DNA of 63,686 nucleotides, the filler included, from Octopus bimaculoides (taxonomy: Eukaryota), in the NCBI RefSeq assembly GCF_001194135.2. It is 7 parts of 6 records of this genome, joined end to end, with 100 filler letters (N's around TTAATTAATTAA, not from the genome) between each part and the next. Parts side by side here need not be neighbours in the genome. Positions count along the whole stretch, not along the records: positions 48,511 to 57,420 come from NC_068985.1; positions 57,521 to 59,417 come from NW_026338799.1; positions 59,518 to 63,686 come from NC_068991.1; 4 more parts are not named here. One strand, 5' to 3'. The notes beneath the pieces are model-generated. The model was given only the letters and a program-made list of their open reading frames with translations. It was not told where the DNA came from and did not search any database. Both the position numbers and the translations under genes were made by a program. Of the stretch, positions 50,029-63,686 are shown in pieces (position 1 is the stretch's first letter; every line of letters begins with the position of its first letter).

Positions 50029-53000
50029 NNNNNNNNNNNNNNNNNNNNNNNNNNNNNNNNNNNNNNNNNNNNNNNNNNNNNNNNNNNNNNNNNNNNNNNN
50101 NNNNNNNNNNNNNNNNNNNNNNNNNNNNNNNNNNNNNNNNNNNNNNNNNNNNNNNNNNNNNNNNNNNNNNNNNNNNNNNNNNNNNNNNNNNNNNNNNNNN
50201 NNNATATATATATATATATATATATCAGAGGCATCAATATATACGTATATATATATATATATATATGTTTGTCTGCATAATTAATGATGAATTATGTATG
50301 TATACATGTATATCTACATTCTCCCACACACATGCGCGCACACGCATATTTCCTTGATTAATTTTAAAGAATCTCTTGTCTTACTGATAGAAGTCGTTCT
50401 CCCGGAGAAGAATTACATTAAGCTACTCGACAAAGTGTACTAAAACATATATTACGTATTGTATAGAATACTCTTACAAAAGATGTACACAAACATCATT
50501 CGGACGATAAATCTAGTAAATTTTAGCAATGTTAAGTCAGAAATATGATCGATGTGATTTTAATAGTACGTTTAGCTGAATAATATTTTATCATTTATTA
50601 TGACACATCCATAAATATATAAACACAAGTACACCCAGAAACACAGACACTAACTGGAATACACAAGACAAATATACGTACACATATACATATATAAACA
50701 TATGTGTGTATTTGCGTGTGTGTATGTGTATGTGTGTGTGTATATGCGTGTGTATGTATGTGTATGCATATTTTCTGATAATCTTTACATCATTATCGAA
50801 TTTGTTTCATATCAGTGGGGTGTATAATACATCGTTATTAGGATTAATATGTCCGATTCAATTTCTTGCATCAATGCAAATTTGTTAATACCAATATGAA
50901 CTTAGTAAATGGAATATATCATAACTCATTCAGAGATTATGAGACCAGAAACTGTTTAAGCACTTTTTTTTCTTATTGAAGCAACTTGTTACATTTCATC
51001 TTTCTCTCGAGCTTTTAAATAAGGTATACTTTCTGGGAACTTAGAGGTAAGTATCTCGACGTCCATTTTTAAAAATCAATTTTCAGTACATCCGCGTTTT
51101 CCTGGAAAGCACCGTTAGTTTGTCACTTTTGACAGTTGGATGAATATAGGTGCGCGAATAAAAATGTCATCTGCCTTGATATTTGGCACTTTTAAAAACG
51201 AAATCTGTCTTCATTTTTATGTCCGTTATTTACCCCATATTTCGCCAGGCAATCCCTGCTGCACATGGCTCTATGAGGATTGTGTGAAATGTTACTCCCA
51301 CCAGCTGGTTGAGAAAATACATGAGACGCTAGGTGCCTTCATCATGATACCTTACGTTACCAGACACAAAATGAGTTACTTACACCGTTTTGTGATGATT
51401 CGTGATGCTTTTTTTTCTTTCTGTCAAACTCGCTTAGCTTGGAGTTAGGTGTATAGTGAGGATGAAATAATAAGCATTAGCAACTGCCAGTTGACTTACC
51501 TTGAGTTTGTAATGTTTATCACCATCTGCTGGTATCCAAATCATATTTTATTTAATACTTTCTGATGGGTAGAAGAAAAAGGCACACAATCAGAACACCC
51601 CTTAGAAATTTGCAGAGAATTAAAAAAAGATAAAGTAATTCCGTTCGGCCGAGCACTTGATATAATATGGCTCAGTCATTCGCACGAACAACTAATCTGG
51701 TGCTGCTCAGAATAACATGGAACCAATATCGGAAAGGAAATGTTTGATGGGTGTTCTCAGAAGAACTGTTATGTGTAAAGAAGTTACCGAATTTTTGTAG
51801 TATCCAAATTTTTCTAAGGCCAGCCAAAACAAAATTTATTTTCTAGGCTGTATGTATGTGTGTATATATGTATGTATATATGTATCTATGTATCTATGTA
51901 TGCATATATGTATGTGTGTGATGTTATGTATGCATGCATGCATGTATGAAAGTGTGTATGTATGTATATACGTATGTATGTATGTATGTATGTATGTTTG
52001 GCGAAATATGAAACGAAAATACATGCTGAAGGGCGTAACAAAAAATAAATTGCTAGAGCACATATCGAGATACAATGTCATAAATACAACCTGCAAAATG
52101 GCGTAGCATTAAGAGCAAAGACTGATATGAATTTGACGTATTATCGAGGAAACACACAACTAGAGGGAAAGGGAGAGAAATGTCTTGTTAAAACACCTAC
52201 ATATGACCTATTATAATATCTTGCTCAGTAGCGCGAGTAAGTCAACAAAATTTTGAGATTTAGTGTGTACATATATACGTGAAGAAAGATAAAATGTCAG
52301 GTATATGAAGCGATTATTACAATGTAAAGTGAGATGGCACAAAGTAAGCCATACTACACGTCTCGTTTACTATACTAATAAAGAGCGCCAGTAGATGAAA
52401 TATATAAATTTCAAGTTCAAACGTATACCGAGTTCGCTTTAGGGAAATAATGCCTAATGGCATTAATACATGGAGCTCTTAAAATAATGATTAAAACAGC
52501 CGAACTAGGTGCGAATTTCCCCTGAAATGAAATTGCTTGGGAAACAGACCCTTATCTAGTAAGAATATTAAGACGATATAAATATGAAAAGCTACACGAT
52601 GTTTCCCACATTTCTTGTCATAGTAGTACGCCTTGTAATTATATGTCAAAAGAGAAACAACGCTTTCTTATGAGAAATGTCACCTAGTTTAAATATAGTT
52701 TATCGGATTTTATGTAGATTCCGGTGTTCTGAGAATATTTCTTTGAGAATTGGAGACGATCTTCGTCCCAAATTCAAATTCAAATCAAATATTTATATAT
52801 ATTTATGAATTGAAAATTAATTTTACTTCGTATTTATTAGCTAAATTTATTGGGGATATCAAGAAATTAATATGTGTCACTCGATTTCGTTGGGACTTAC
52901 ACGGAAGGTACTTCCATATGTGTTAAAGTGTGTTGTATGTAGGGTTTATAAATTTCATGATGCAAATCCGGTCCTATTAAATGAAACCAATTTTCCGCCT

Positions 53001-54176
53001 TGTGTCCATATATTCTATAAATATTCTCTGAAATTCTGATTAGTTAACTTCATTTATACAATGATAAGGATAGATTTCACATTGTCGTCGTTTCTATGGG
53101 TTTTCACAGAATATTTTAAATTTTTAGCGTCATATAATCTCCGCTTAATTAATTCAAATATAACGAACCCATTTTTTTTCATAAATAATTACATCCCTAA
53201 TGGACTTTTAATGATACAAGTTTTACTTAGGATCATTATTAAATCTCTCTTCTTACAATCTGTTTGTATATCTGTCTGTCTGTCTTTCTTTCTCTCTTCT
53301 TCTCCCTCACTTTCCGTTCCCTCTCACTCTCGCTCTCTATCTGTTTTTAGAGTTATATATCAGTATCCAATTTTCATGTTTTCATATATACCTAAGCAGT
53401 TTTTTGAAATAAAAATTTAATTTAAATTCAAATCTTAATTGATCTAATAATGCATAACAAGGCTTCCTAGGATGGGAACAATTTCCAAGATTCTATAACT
53501 TTAAGCCATAGCTGTTATCTTTTAAAATCCTTCTTTTGATACTGTTCCAGTTTACATTTAGTTTATTTAATTATATATTTTTTTTTAGAATCCCACTTTC
53601 CTTCAATTCATGACGACACAGAGATTACTGATATTGAATTTATATAACACTAGTCACTCATATGTACACATTAAATGCCCTGGCCTGAAAAAGTTACTGG
53701 TACACATATATACATACATAAGTAGAGTATTGACACCTGCATCACCTTGTTACTTATTTACATTGTGTTCACCTAAGAGTTGAACGAACTATATCGAACT
53801 GGTAAGGGGCCTCAATTTCAGTTCCATATTTATCCTATTTGGCTCAGTATGATCTGCTAATGAAGGAAAATTGATCAATCCATGACTATTTGAGTTATTT
53901 TTGGAATTTTAAATCAGTCCACTTTCCCGCTTTCAATCTGTCTGGTCTGTATACAGTGACCATTTGCTGTGGTTAGAGTAGCTGACGTCTATTTTATATA
54001 TATNNNNNNNNNNNNNNNNNNNNNNNNNNNNNNNNNNNNNNNNNNNNNNNNNNNNNNNNNNNNNNNNNNNNNNNNNNNNNNNNNNNNNNNNNNNNNNNNN
54101 NNNNNNNNNNNNNNNNNNNNNNNNNNNNNNNNNNNNNNNNNNNNNNNNNNNNNNNNNNNNNNNNNNNNNNNNNNNN

Positions 54177-54209
<33 letters not shown>

Positions 54210-54692
54210 TGTATATAGGCTTATGTGTGTGTGCGTGTGTACATACAAATGCATCCACATGCTCATACATAATTGTAAGCATACATTATACGTTTATCAC
54301 TCTGAGAGGCCCTGTATGTCCAGACATATTTACAGAACAATATATGAGAGGCGTTTTATCATTGTTGTGTCATAGAACTTGCAAAACGAAGAAACACACA
54401 CTTTAAAACGTGCCATATCACTAAATCAGGATACTACTTCGTTTCATATCTATAGAATTACCTGGACATTTGCATTTTCTCGTTGAAAATTTATTCTTAA
54501 ATCAATATTTCATGTCATAAATGACCTTTGAAATGTGTTTACTTACATGTTTCTCGTAACATTTAACAAATTTTCGTCTACGGCTGTGACAGTTCTGTTG
54601 ATAGATATTCGAGCATTTAATTACATATAATAGGCTTCCACACACAAATGCAACGAAGGAAACACATATAACGATTTTTCAAATGGACTATA

Positions 54693-54754
<62 letters not shown>

Positions 54755-54999
54755 CATCACCACCACTTCTATTACAACTATTCCTTATTACTCTACTTCA
54801 TCCCCTCAAGAACAACATGTTGGAAGTTCATGTTGGTGTTATGCGTAGGGTGTCATATAATTGTTTTTGTACATAGTATTGTTCTAGAGAATGTTGAAGA
54901 AAACATAAAGAAAACATAAAGTTATGAGATTACATAGACATATATTTTATGTAGTATATGCACAGTTCCCATTAGCACTATTATTATTATTATTATTAA

Positions 55000-55060
<61 letters not shown>

Positions 55061-55070
55061 GTTATTATTA

Positions 55071-55628
55071 TCGAGTGAGAGAGCAGTGCATGCCATCAAA
55101 GTGACCCTGGGTGTAAAATATACGAAGCGTATGATACCCGTCATGACTACCTGTCTGATGAGGGTACACTAGGCACATGCATCACAACCATATGTGCGCG
55201 ACATGGTGATTTCAAATCAAGATAAACAGCGCGTGAGCTCGCAGGTGGGGCCCAGTTAGAATTTTCTTCAAGTCGAGTAGCGCATCGCGCCAAACAGGTC
55301 CTTGAATAAGGTTTGTTTAAGGATGTTGAGCAAAACACCTATATTTCTAAAGGTGAATTATTCAAACCCCAAAGAATTCCTCTCAACACATGGTTATGGT
55401 GATCCCCCAATACTTCCGCTCATGAACAGAGATTCACATATCGCCACCTACCAAGAGACGTGCTCAACTGATTAAGGTCAAACAACTGACAAGCAAATCT
55501 GTGGTATTAAGCAGAATATTTGCTGTAGCCCATCTTTTATATCAAGACAAAACAATGTACATGATAACACTTCCAATCAATTAAGATCAGAAGCCTTGAG
55601 AGCCATTGCCTGGTACTACATCCGGGCA
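55071..55628. repeat. Complex ~560-bp probable interspersed repeat between two (TTA)n arrays
   Basis: Sharp boundaries with (TTA)n at 54979-55070 and 55629-55960; higher GC than its flanks; single copy in the window; no recognisable ORF. Confidence 0.5.
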
Positions 55629-55631
55629 TAA

Positions 55632-55700
<69 letters not shown>

Positions 55701-55711
55701 CATCATTATTA

Positions 55712-55764
<53 letters not shown>

Positions 55765-55794
55765 ATTATTATTATTATTATTATCATCATCATT

Positions 55795-55859
<65 letters not shown>

Positions 55860-55869
55860 CATCATCATT

Positions 55870-55934
<65 letters not shown>

Positions 55935-57388
55935 CATCATCATCATCATCATCATTAGTATTATCGTTACCGTCATTATTAGCTCTGATAAGATTGTCAT
56001 TGTAATCGTTACTTGTGATATTATTAATATATTGTCTTAAATGGTGATTTGTCTTTGCAAATAAGACGAACGAAGGAAATGGATTTGCATGTTGGCATAA
56101 TTGTCTAGACTGCTATAGTATAAATTTGAATATATTTAGCAGTATATAATAAATGATTATTAGAAACTAACAAATTCTAGTCTCAGGACACGCCTAAACC
56201 ATTCATTTTCTGACAAAGATTTCGATCATCCTGTTGGTGTGACGAACATAAATGCGATAATCTTATATATTGTTTCTAAATTTAGATATCCGATATCATA
56301 CAAGATTTGTGCTGAATCTAATTGACGTATACATTATAAATTCATTTAAGTATATATTTGCTTATATGTATCTATACGTGCTTGTTTTTTGCGAGTGTAA
56401 GCGAGTTGTAATTTATGCCCTTGAAACATGTAGGTGTATAAAATAAATAATTTCACCAAATTTTACTTCATTTCCATATCCTGTTTAACAACTTCACCAC
56501 AGTGTTACACTTAAAAATACATTAACACCAATTATATAACGACCGATTATATAAGGACGTTCGCCTTTCAGATGTGAAGTCCTTATTGGCCTAATGCTTA
56601 TGCAAATAGGTGCATAGAAAATTATTTGGGTGCAACGCTTTCAAAGATAACACATTTGCAATACATTATCGCCCCGCCCCTTAAAATGTTAGATACTATC
56701 TTTAATATTTCAGGTTTATGATTGAATATAAACTCATGTTACTGATCAAAGAATTCTGAAGCTTGGAAATAGTGCATAACGATATTACACTTCACTCCTA
56801 TATTATTTATGCACACCCAGTTATTAATGTTTGAAGTTCGTTATCAGCTCGCAAACAAACAGGTAGTCAGCCATTTCTTCTCTTTATTGCATTATATGCA
56901 AAGACACTCAGATGAAAATGAAAGTTATTGAGAATTAAAATATAACCACAAACATATCTCTTTTGCTGACTTTTAAATGCAAGAATGTCTAGTTTAGCAA
57001 GAGCCACACGTTTATTGATATATCGAGCACATATCGAAAATACTAAACCATAATATAAAACAGACACATACAGAGAGTAACATGGTTCTAAAGCATTTCT
57101 AGACTCTCCTAAAAACGTCACCACCCCATTAACCCCGATTGACGTAAATATCGCTACAGCAGCCAAATAATCAATGAATATAACATAATGGCCATTAGAG
57201 CCGTTATAAGATGTGTGAAGTTTATCGCCATGTCATGAATGTTATCACTGCAATATCTCATTACTATTTTCACATGAGAGCAGAACATGAATAGAAAAAC
57301 AATATAAGCATATATGAGTGTCAGTGTGTATGAGTGAGTGTGTGTATGAGTGAGTGTGTGTAAGAGAGGGTTACTACAAACACAATTG

Positions 57389-57420
<32 letters not shown>

Positions 57421-57520
57421 NNNNNNNNNNNNNNNNNNNNNNNNNNNNNNNNNNNNNNNNNNNNTTAATTAATTAANNNNNNNNNNNNNNNNNNNNNNNN
57501 NNNNNNNNNNNNNNNNNNNN

Positions 57521-57562
<42 letters not shown>

Positions 57563-57895
57563 ATGTGAAAGACATCGGTGCATGTGTATATGTGTGTGAA
57601 TGATCTTCACAAGAGTGATGTATGCGTTCATGTGCACATTTCTGAGCATGCCCTGTGAATCATTGCAAGAATGTGCAAGCAACGTGTTAAACAATGTTAT
57701 GATAGTGTTGGCAAGAGAACAAAGAAAGAAGAAACCCAACCCACAAAAAAAAATGAAGTAGAAAAAATATTAAAGCAAAAATACAATAATATTAAAAAGG
57801 ATGATGATAATAACTAGGATGATGATGATAGCTGTAATAATAGTACAACTAGTATTCGAAGCATCATTATCATCATCATCATCATCATCACCATT

Positions 57896-57926
<31 letters not shown>

Positions 57927-57956
57927 GCGGCAGCAGCGGCAGCAGCAGCAGCAGCG

Positions 57957-58003
<47 letters not shown>

Positions 58004-58938
58004 TGTAGTAGTAGTAGTAGTAGTAGTAGNNNNNNNNNNNNNNNNNNNNNNNNNNNNNNNNNNNNNNNNNNNNNNNNNNNNNNNNNNNNNNNNNNNNNNN
58101 NNNNNNNNNNNNNNNNNNNNNNNNNNNNNNNNNNNNNNNNNNNNNNNNNNNNNNNNNNNNNNNNNNNNNNNNNNNNNNNNNNNNNNNNNNNNNNNNNNNN
58201 NNNNNNNNNNNNNNNNNNNNNNNNNNNNNNNNNNNNNNNNNNNNNNNNNNNNNNNNNNNNNNNNNNNNNNNNNNNNNNNNNNNNNNNNNNNNNNNNNNNN
58301 NNNNNNNNNNNNNNNNNNNNNNNNNNNNNNNNNNNNNNNNNNNNNNNNNNNNNNNNNNNNNNNNNNNNNNNNNNNNNNNNNNNNNNNNNNNNNNNNNNNN
58401 NNNNNNNNNNNNNNNNNNNNNNNNNNNNNNNNNNNNNNNNNNNNNNNNNNNNNNNNNNNNNNNNNNNNNNNNNNNNNNNNNNNNNNNNNNNNNNNNNNNN
58501 NNNNNNNNNNNNNNNNNNNNNNNNNNNNNNNNNNNNNNNNNNNNNNNNNNNNNNNNNNNNNNNNNNNNNNNNNNNNNNNNNNNNNNNNNNNNNNNNNNNN
58601 NNNNNNNNNNNNNNNNNNNNNNNNNNNNNNNNNNNNNNNNNNNNNNNNNNNNNNNNNNNNNNNNNNNNNNNNNNNNNNNNNNNNNNNNNNNNNNNNNNNN
58701 NNNNNNNNNNNNNNNNNNNNNNNNNNNNNNNNNNNNNNNNNNNNNNNNNNNNNNNNNNNNNNNNNNNNNNNNNNNNNNNNNNNNNNNNNNNNNNNNNNNN
58801 NNNNNNNNNNNNNNNNNNNNNNNNNNNNNNNNNNNNNNNNNNNNNNNNNNNNNNNNNNNNNNNNNNNNNNNNNNNNNNNNNNNNNNNNNNNNNNNNAGTA
58901 GTAATAATGATGATGATAATAATGATAATAATAATAAA

Positions 58939-58993
<55 letters not shown>

Positions 58994-59880
58994 GGAAGGG
59001 AATATCCTAAGGGGCGGAGACAACAGAGAAAAATATTAAAATAAAGCATAATAAACATCGGGAAAAAAGGAAAACAAAATATTTAGAACGATGTTGATGT
59101 CGATGAGATGAAAAGAATAAATATGTGCCACAAGATGAAAAACAAGGAGAAAGAACAAGAAAATAAGAATAAAAATCAGAAAAAAAAAGTCAAGCAAAAA
59201 ATCTCCAGAAATATGGAAACAAAATGATGTAGAAAACTATTGAAAGTGCATTTGTGTGTACGTGTGACTGTGCGTGAGTGTGTGTGGCAGGGAGGGGTGC
59301 ATGTTCATATGGGTGTGTGCGCGTATATACATATGCGTGTGTGTGTGTGCGTGCGTGTTGGCGCGTATAAATATATACATATATATATGCGTACACACAC
59401 ACATATTTATACATACANNNNNNNNNNNNNNNNNNNNNNNNNNNNNNNNNNNNNNNNNNNNTTAATTAATTAANNNNNNNNNNNNNNNNNNNNNNNNNNN
59501 NNNNNNNNNNNNNNNNNATATATATATATATATATATATATATATACGCGTGTGTGTGTGTGTGTGTGTAAGCATACATGACATGCATATATATTCGTAC
59601 CTTGACAGGTGGAACTTTGCTTTAAGTTTATCGATCTACCGCCACTAAAATTCTCAGTTTAACTTTCTACTGATTCATACTCTTCTTATTCCTTTCTTAA
59701 ATCGATATTCAATTTGTCTTTATATAATTTATGAGGTTTCAACTGTCCTCAGACCTATACTCTTTATATCGATCACCTGACTTATAAATCTATTTGAATC
59801 CCTCATGGGATCCGTATTATTGATTTCAGTAAACATAGTAAATACTCGACAGCAACGCCAAACACACACACGTAGATACA

Positions 59881-59919
<39 letters not shown>

Positions 59920-60449
59920 CCAGAAAACACACTCACATACACACGCATACGCACACGTATACACTCAAACATACGCACGCAACCGCGTACACTCGAACGC
60001 ACGCTCTCACACACACACACAGTTAACCTTCTACATTAACGAAGAAATATAAACATTTATTGATGTGTGGATACAAATATAAATATGTGCATATGTAAAC
60101 ATATAAACCTTCATGTAGAGCATGCGCGTGCACTCTCCAATGAGAGAACAGCGAAGCAGTCGCTCGAAGTAGCAGTCAAAGTCCCTCAAATGATATCTTA
60201 ACTTTTTATATAAGAGCATCTTCCACGATGTCGCGCAAGTTTGCCTCCATATAAAAAACGATACGATGGTCACGGTTGGATAGGATTTTATCACATAAGC
60301 ATAGGTATCTGTATACTTATATATATATATCCCTATATTATTTCCCCGCTCCTTCTCTCTCTCTTTTTCTCTCCCTCTTTTTGTCTCTCCCTCTCTCTCT
60401 CTCTCTAGGTATATACATATATATATGTATACACACACAAACACACACA

Positions 60450-60519
<70 letters not shown>

Positions 60520-60574
60520 TACAGTATATAGATATATATATATATATACACACACACACATACATTCATACATA

Positions 60575-61463
60575 TGGGTTGCGGTGAATAATCTGCCGTC
60601 TAAATTACGCAAAAATGAAAATAACACTAACGTCTCATTTTAACTGATATATTTACCAAAATTACATAAAAATACCTGCAAGTAACGAAAAGTAAATTGA
60701 TTGAATAAAATTGCCATTGGCTTCAACCACAACCACCAGACGACTTCGGAATCTCCTGCAAGCTCTTCTAAACGGTCTACTTGTTTAAGATGGTGAATGC
60801 TGCCATAATCTTTGTCTTCAGTTCATCTGTGGTTTTACAAGGAGTTTTGCTGGTCACTCGCTCAACTGCACCCCACATATAATAATCAAGGGGATTGCAG
60901 TCCGAGGAGTTAGGTGGCCAGATGTTAGGGGTGATGTGGTCCCACAAATTGTCTGACAGCCATGACTGGGTTCTCATGCTTATGTGGCATGGTGCAAAGT
61001 TCTGTTTCTAGACACAGGGTCTTCCAGCATCTACCCTCTTGACCCATGGCAGCACTACCTCCTCCAGCCTCATGATGTAGGCCTTCGTGTTGAGTCTGAG
61101 GCCGTGTGGGAAGATAAATGGAGGCCTAATGTCACCATCAGTAGTGATCACTCCAAACACTATGTTGTTGACTGGATGTTTGAATTCTATCACTGTCGGT
61201 ACATGCCTTCAGAATGCACTCTCCTCGGATTGACACCTAAACACTCTGAAATGTTCGTATTTGAGCTTACGGTGCGAATGCCAAGTAGTACAGCATGTCG
61301 TTTCCAAATTTCTGGCAGGGTGGATTGCGTCATCGTGCCATTTTCCTCTCAGACGGTGCCTAACTGATCCTACCATACTGCGTAGTCAACAAAATTAAAA
61401 ACAAACATGTGCATGCGCGAAATTAAAAATATAGAATGGCGAAAATTTACCCATCGCAACTTG
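60575..61463 (-). mobile_element. Internally deleted Tc1/mariner transposon, DD37D (maT) family
   Basis: N-terminus MTQSTLPEIWKRHAVLLGIR joined to VPTVIEFKHPVNNIVFGVITTDG..*KQNFAPCH..WPPNSSDCNPLDYYMWG; 37 residues between the second catalytic position (now N) and the third D; degenerate TIRs flanked by TA. Confidence 0.87.
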
Positions 61464-61608
61464 TATATATACATATATGATACTCTCAGTTTCAATCTGT
61501 CAATCTCCATCTTTCTATGTTTTTCTATCATTTAATATATGTATACGTATATGTGTTTGCATATACCTTTGCAATCACATTCAGAAGTTTCAGCTTATCT
61601 TAAGTTGT

Positions 61609-61650
<42 letters not shown>

Positions 61651-62481
61651 GGTATCCGAATGTAGTATTCCCCATGGAAACATATCAACATAGTATTGGC
61701 GAAACAGTGAATAGAAAACCATTAATCCCTCAGATTCTGGTTCCATATACGCACATAATGACGTTGTCCTGATCTGATGGCACTTTAGGTTACTCGCCCA
61801 AATCAATGACCATCCACCACCAACAAATACCACCACCTTCACAAGCCAAAACGTCTAGCTGCAATACTATGTCGGAGCTAGGAACAAGGTATCAGCAGCA
61901 CCGTCTCAGATGCAAGAAGTATTATTACTTCGTGTGCTTCACTTGACCCTTGTAGTGTGTCAGCAGCTGCAGAGAGCTGAGATATTTCCTGATCAGAAAG
62001 AGGTCGAAAGCTGTATCAAAATAAAGACATTCTTAATCTTGTCATCAATAAATCTATCAAGTATTTACCTTTATCAGTTTGGTAGTTTGGACAGGTATGT
62101 CTCAGATTAATATTCTAACCTGATCGTTTTTCTATATTAGGCTTGATATATGTTTATATTACTTCTTAATTCTTAGATCGAAATGCCGGCATATTGCTCA
62201 GACGACATATCTGCTAGATAGACTGTATTCTGAATTATAAGGGCTACTGTGCTCAGTTGCCTTATGATTTGATTATTGTTATCTCTTGCTACGTTATTTA
62301 GCTTGTATCGATAAATTGTTTTTGTAGATTAGCACCTGAAATTAGGACAGCCATTTTCGTCTTTTAGACCAAATTACAATACTTAAAATTGTCTTAGGTG
62401 GACTCAAACCTATTGGATAGATCTATAGACATGAACTTAAATACGACGTAGACCAATGTAAACGCAATATTATGCGTATGT

Positions 62482-63025
62482 CAAGGCGGCGAGCTGGCAA
62501 AAACGCTAGCACGCCGTCTGGTATTTCGTCTGCCGTTACGTTCTGAGTTCAAATTCCGATGAGGTCGACTTTGCCTTTCATCCTTTCGGCGTCGATCAAT
62601 TAAGTACCAGTTACTCACTGGGGTCGATCTAATCGACTTAATTCCTTTGTCTGTCCTTATTTGTCCCCTCTATGTTTAGCCCCTTGCAGGCAATAAAGAA
62701 ATAAGAAACGTTAGCACGCCGGACGAAATGTTCAGCGCTATTTTGTCTGTTTTTACGTTCTAATTTCAAATTCCACCGCGGTCGACGTTGCTCTTTTTCA
62801 TCCTTTCGGGGTCGATAAATTAAGTACCAGTTGCATACTGGGGTCGATGTAATCAACTGGCCCACTCCTCCAAAATTTCGGGCCTTGTACCTAGAGTAGA
62901 AAAGAATATTATGCGTATGTTAAGGCGGCGAGCTGGCAGAACTGTTAGCACGCCGGACGAAATGCTTAGCGGTAGTTTGTCTATTTTTACGTTCTTAGTT
63001 TAAATTCCGCCGAGGTCGATTGCTC
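62482..63025 (+). mobile_element. Three tandem/nested family B SINE units
   Basis: Unit 1 has a type-2 tail ending AAAGAAATAA (~62704); unit 2 has a type-1 tail; both sit inside TSD AATATTATGCGTATGT (62466-62481, 62905-62920); a third head starts at 62922. Confidence 0.88.
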
Positions 63026-63059
63026 TCAAAAAAAAAAAAACAAAAAAAAAGACGGAAAA

Positions 63060-63476
63060 CTAATCCAGAATCATTGTCCGGTATCTGATCGATCCCAGTG
63101 GTAGTCATGGAATGTGAAGTTGGCTGTAGAAAATTTAGTAACAGTAAGAAATAGTTTATCCATATTTAATACAAGCCAAACTTAACAAATTCACCATTCA
63201 AAATAGTTACAGCCTAAATAGAAATAATTGAGAAAGACTTGAAAGTTAACGTAAGATTATAATCATATAAGGTAAAGTAAATATAACAAATAATCTAGAA
63301 TCCTTGTCCGATACCGGATCGATCCCAAAACCTAACCACTTCGTACCAGTCACGAAGCCAAACATCCTTGAAAGTTTCATCCGAATCCATCCAGCGGTTC
63401 TTGAGATATCATGTCCACGGACAAACAAACAAACACGACTGAAAGCAATACCTCCGCCCTAGCGAAGGCGGAGGTA
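63060..63476 (+). mobile_element. Helentron-associated (HINE/DINE-like) non-autonomous element
   Basis: Internal direct repeat AATC(C/T)AGAATC.TTGTCCG..GATCGATCCC, a (CAAA)n tract, and a terminal hairpin TACCTCCGCC-8nt-GGCGGAGGTA at 63449-63476. Confidence 0.5.
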
Positions 63477-63489
63477 ATAATAATTATAA

Positions 63490-63640
63490 ATTGGACACAA
63501 GGCCTGTAGTTTTGAAAAGATATGTCTAATCGATACAATCGATCTTAGCACTTGGGTGGTACTTAGTTTCATTGATCCTCAAACGATGAAAAGTAAAGTC
63601 GGTCTCGACAAGGACTTGAAATCAGAAGGTAAGGAGTTGC
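63490..63640 (-). mobile_element. Degenerate family B SINE
   Basis: Reverse complement of the GGCCTTGTG tail and the AAGTACC / CTTTTCATC body. Confidence 0.6.
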
Positions 63641-63686
63641 TAGAGTTGTTCCAGTTTGTTTTGCTAATACCATTTTTATTGATACA

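Noticed and set aside
51020-53810. Micro-exons suggested by GTAAGT/GTAAGG donors (~51048, 51376, 51494, 53801)
   Set aside because: Such hexamers are expected every few kb by chance at this base composition; no coherent reading frame.
55155-55162. CTGATGAG as a third hammerhead
   Set aside because: No stem II followed by GAAA downstream.
61680-62050. Coding-looking, GC-richer segment
   Set aside because: Several frames look equally plausible and all contain stops; no family motif recognised.

Overview
AT-rich, microsatellite-dense eukaryotic draft-assembly sequence with many N gaps, including artificial N44-TTAATTAATTAA-N44 spacers. The repeat families and the C2H2 cluster suggest a coleoid cephalopod, probably Octopus (inference, not shown directly). 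The core (about 17-47 kb) is a tandem cluster of six minus-strand C2H2 zinc-finger cassettes with 17, 7, 14, 11, 16 and 9 fingers. Each cassette is one terminal exon with a conserved splice acceptor, a uORF-bearing leader and an ORF made almost entirely of fingers, with no effector domain. Only four copies of the matching promoter/non-coding exon 1 module are visible; ZF4 and ZF6 have none. ZF5 has a +1 frameshift, ZF6 has a nonsense codon in its last finger, and ZF4 is split by a false 211-bp assembly duplication. The rest is transposon debris: R4/Dong-clade, Tx1/L1, RTE and Penelope-like retroelements, three tRNA-derived SINE families, a DD37D (maT) transposon and a Helentron-type element. 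The most notable non-genic signals are (1) a TSD-bounded head-to-head element carrying a tRNA-like head and a minimal hammerhead ribozyme, with its empty paralogous site in the window, (2) a second hammerhead motif in a Penelope-like 3' fragment, and (3) a SINE whose 3' tail matches the 3' end of the Tx1 LINE. All translations and alignments were done by eye; no database searches were run.
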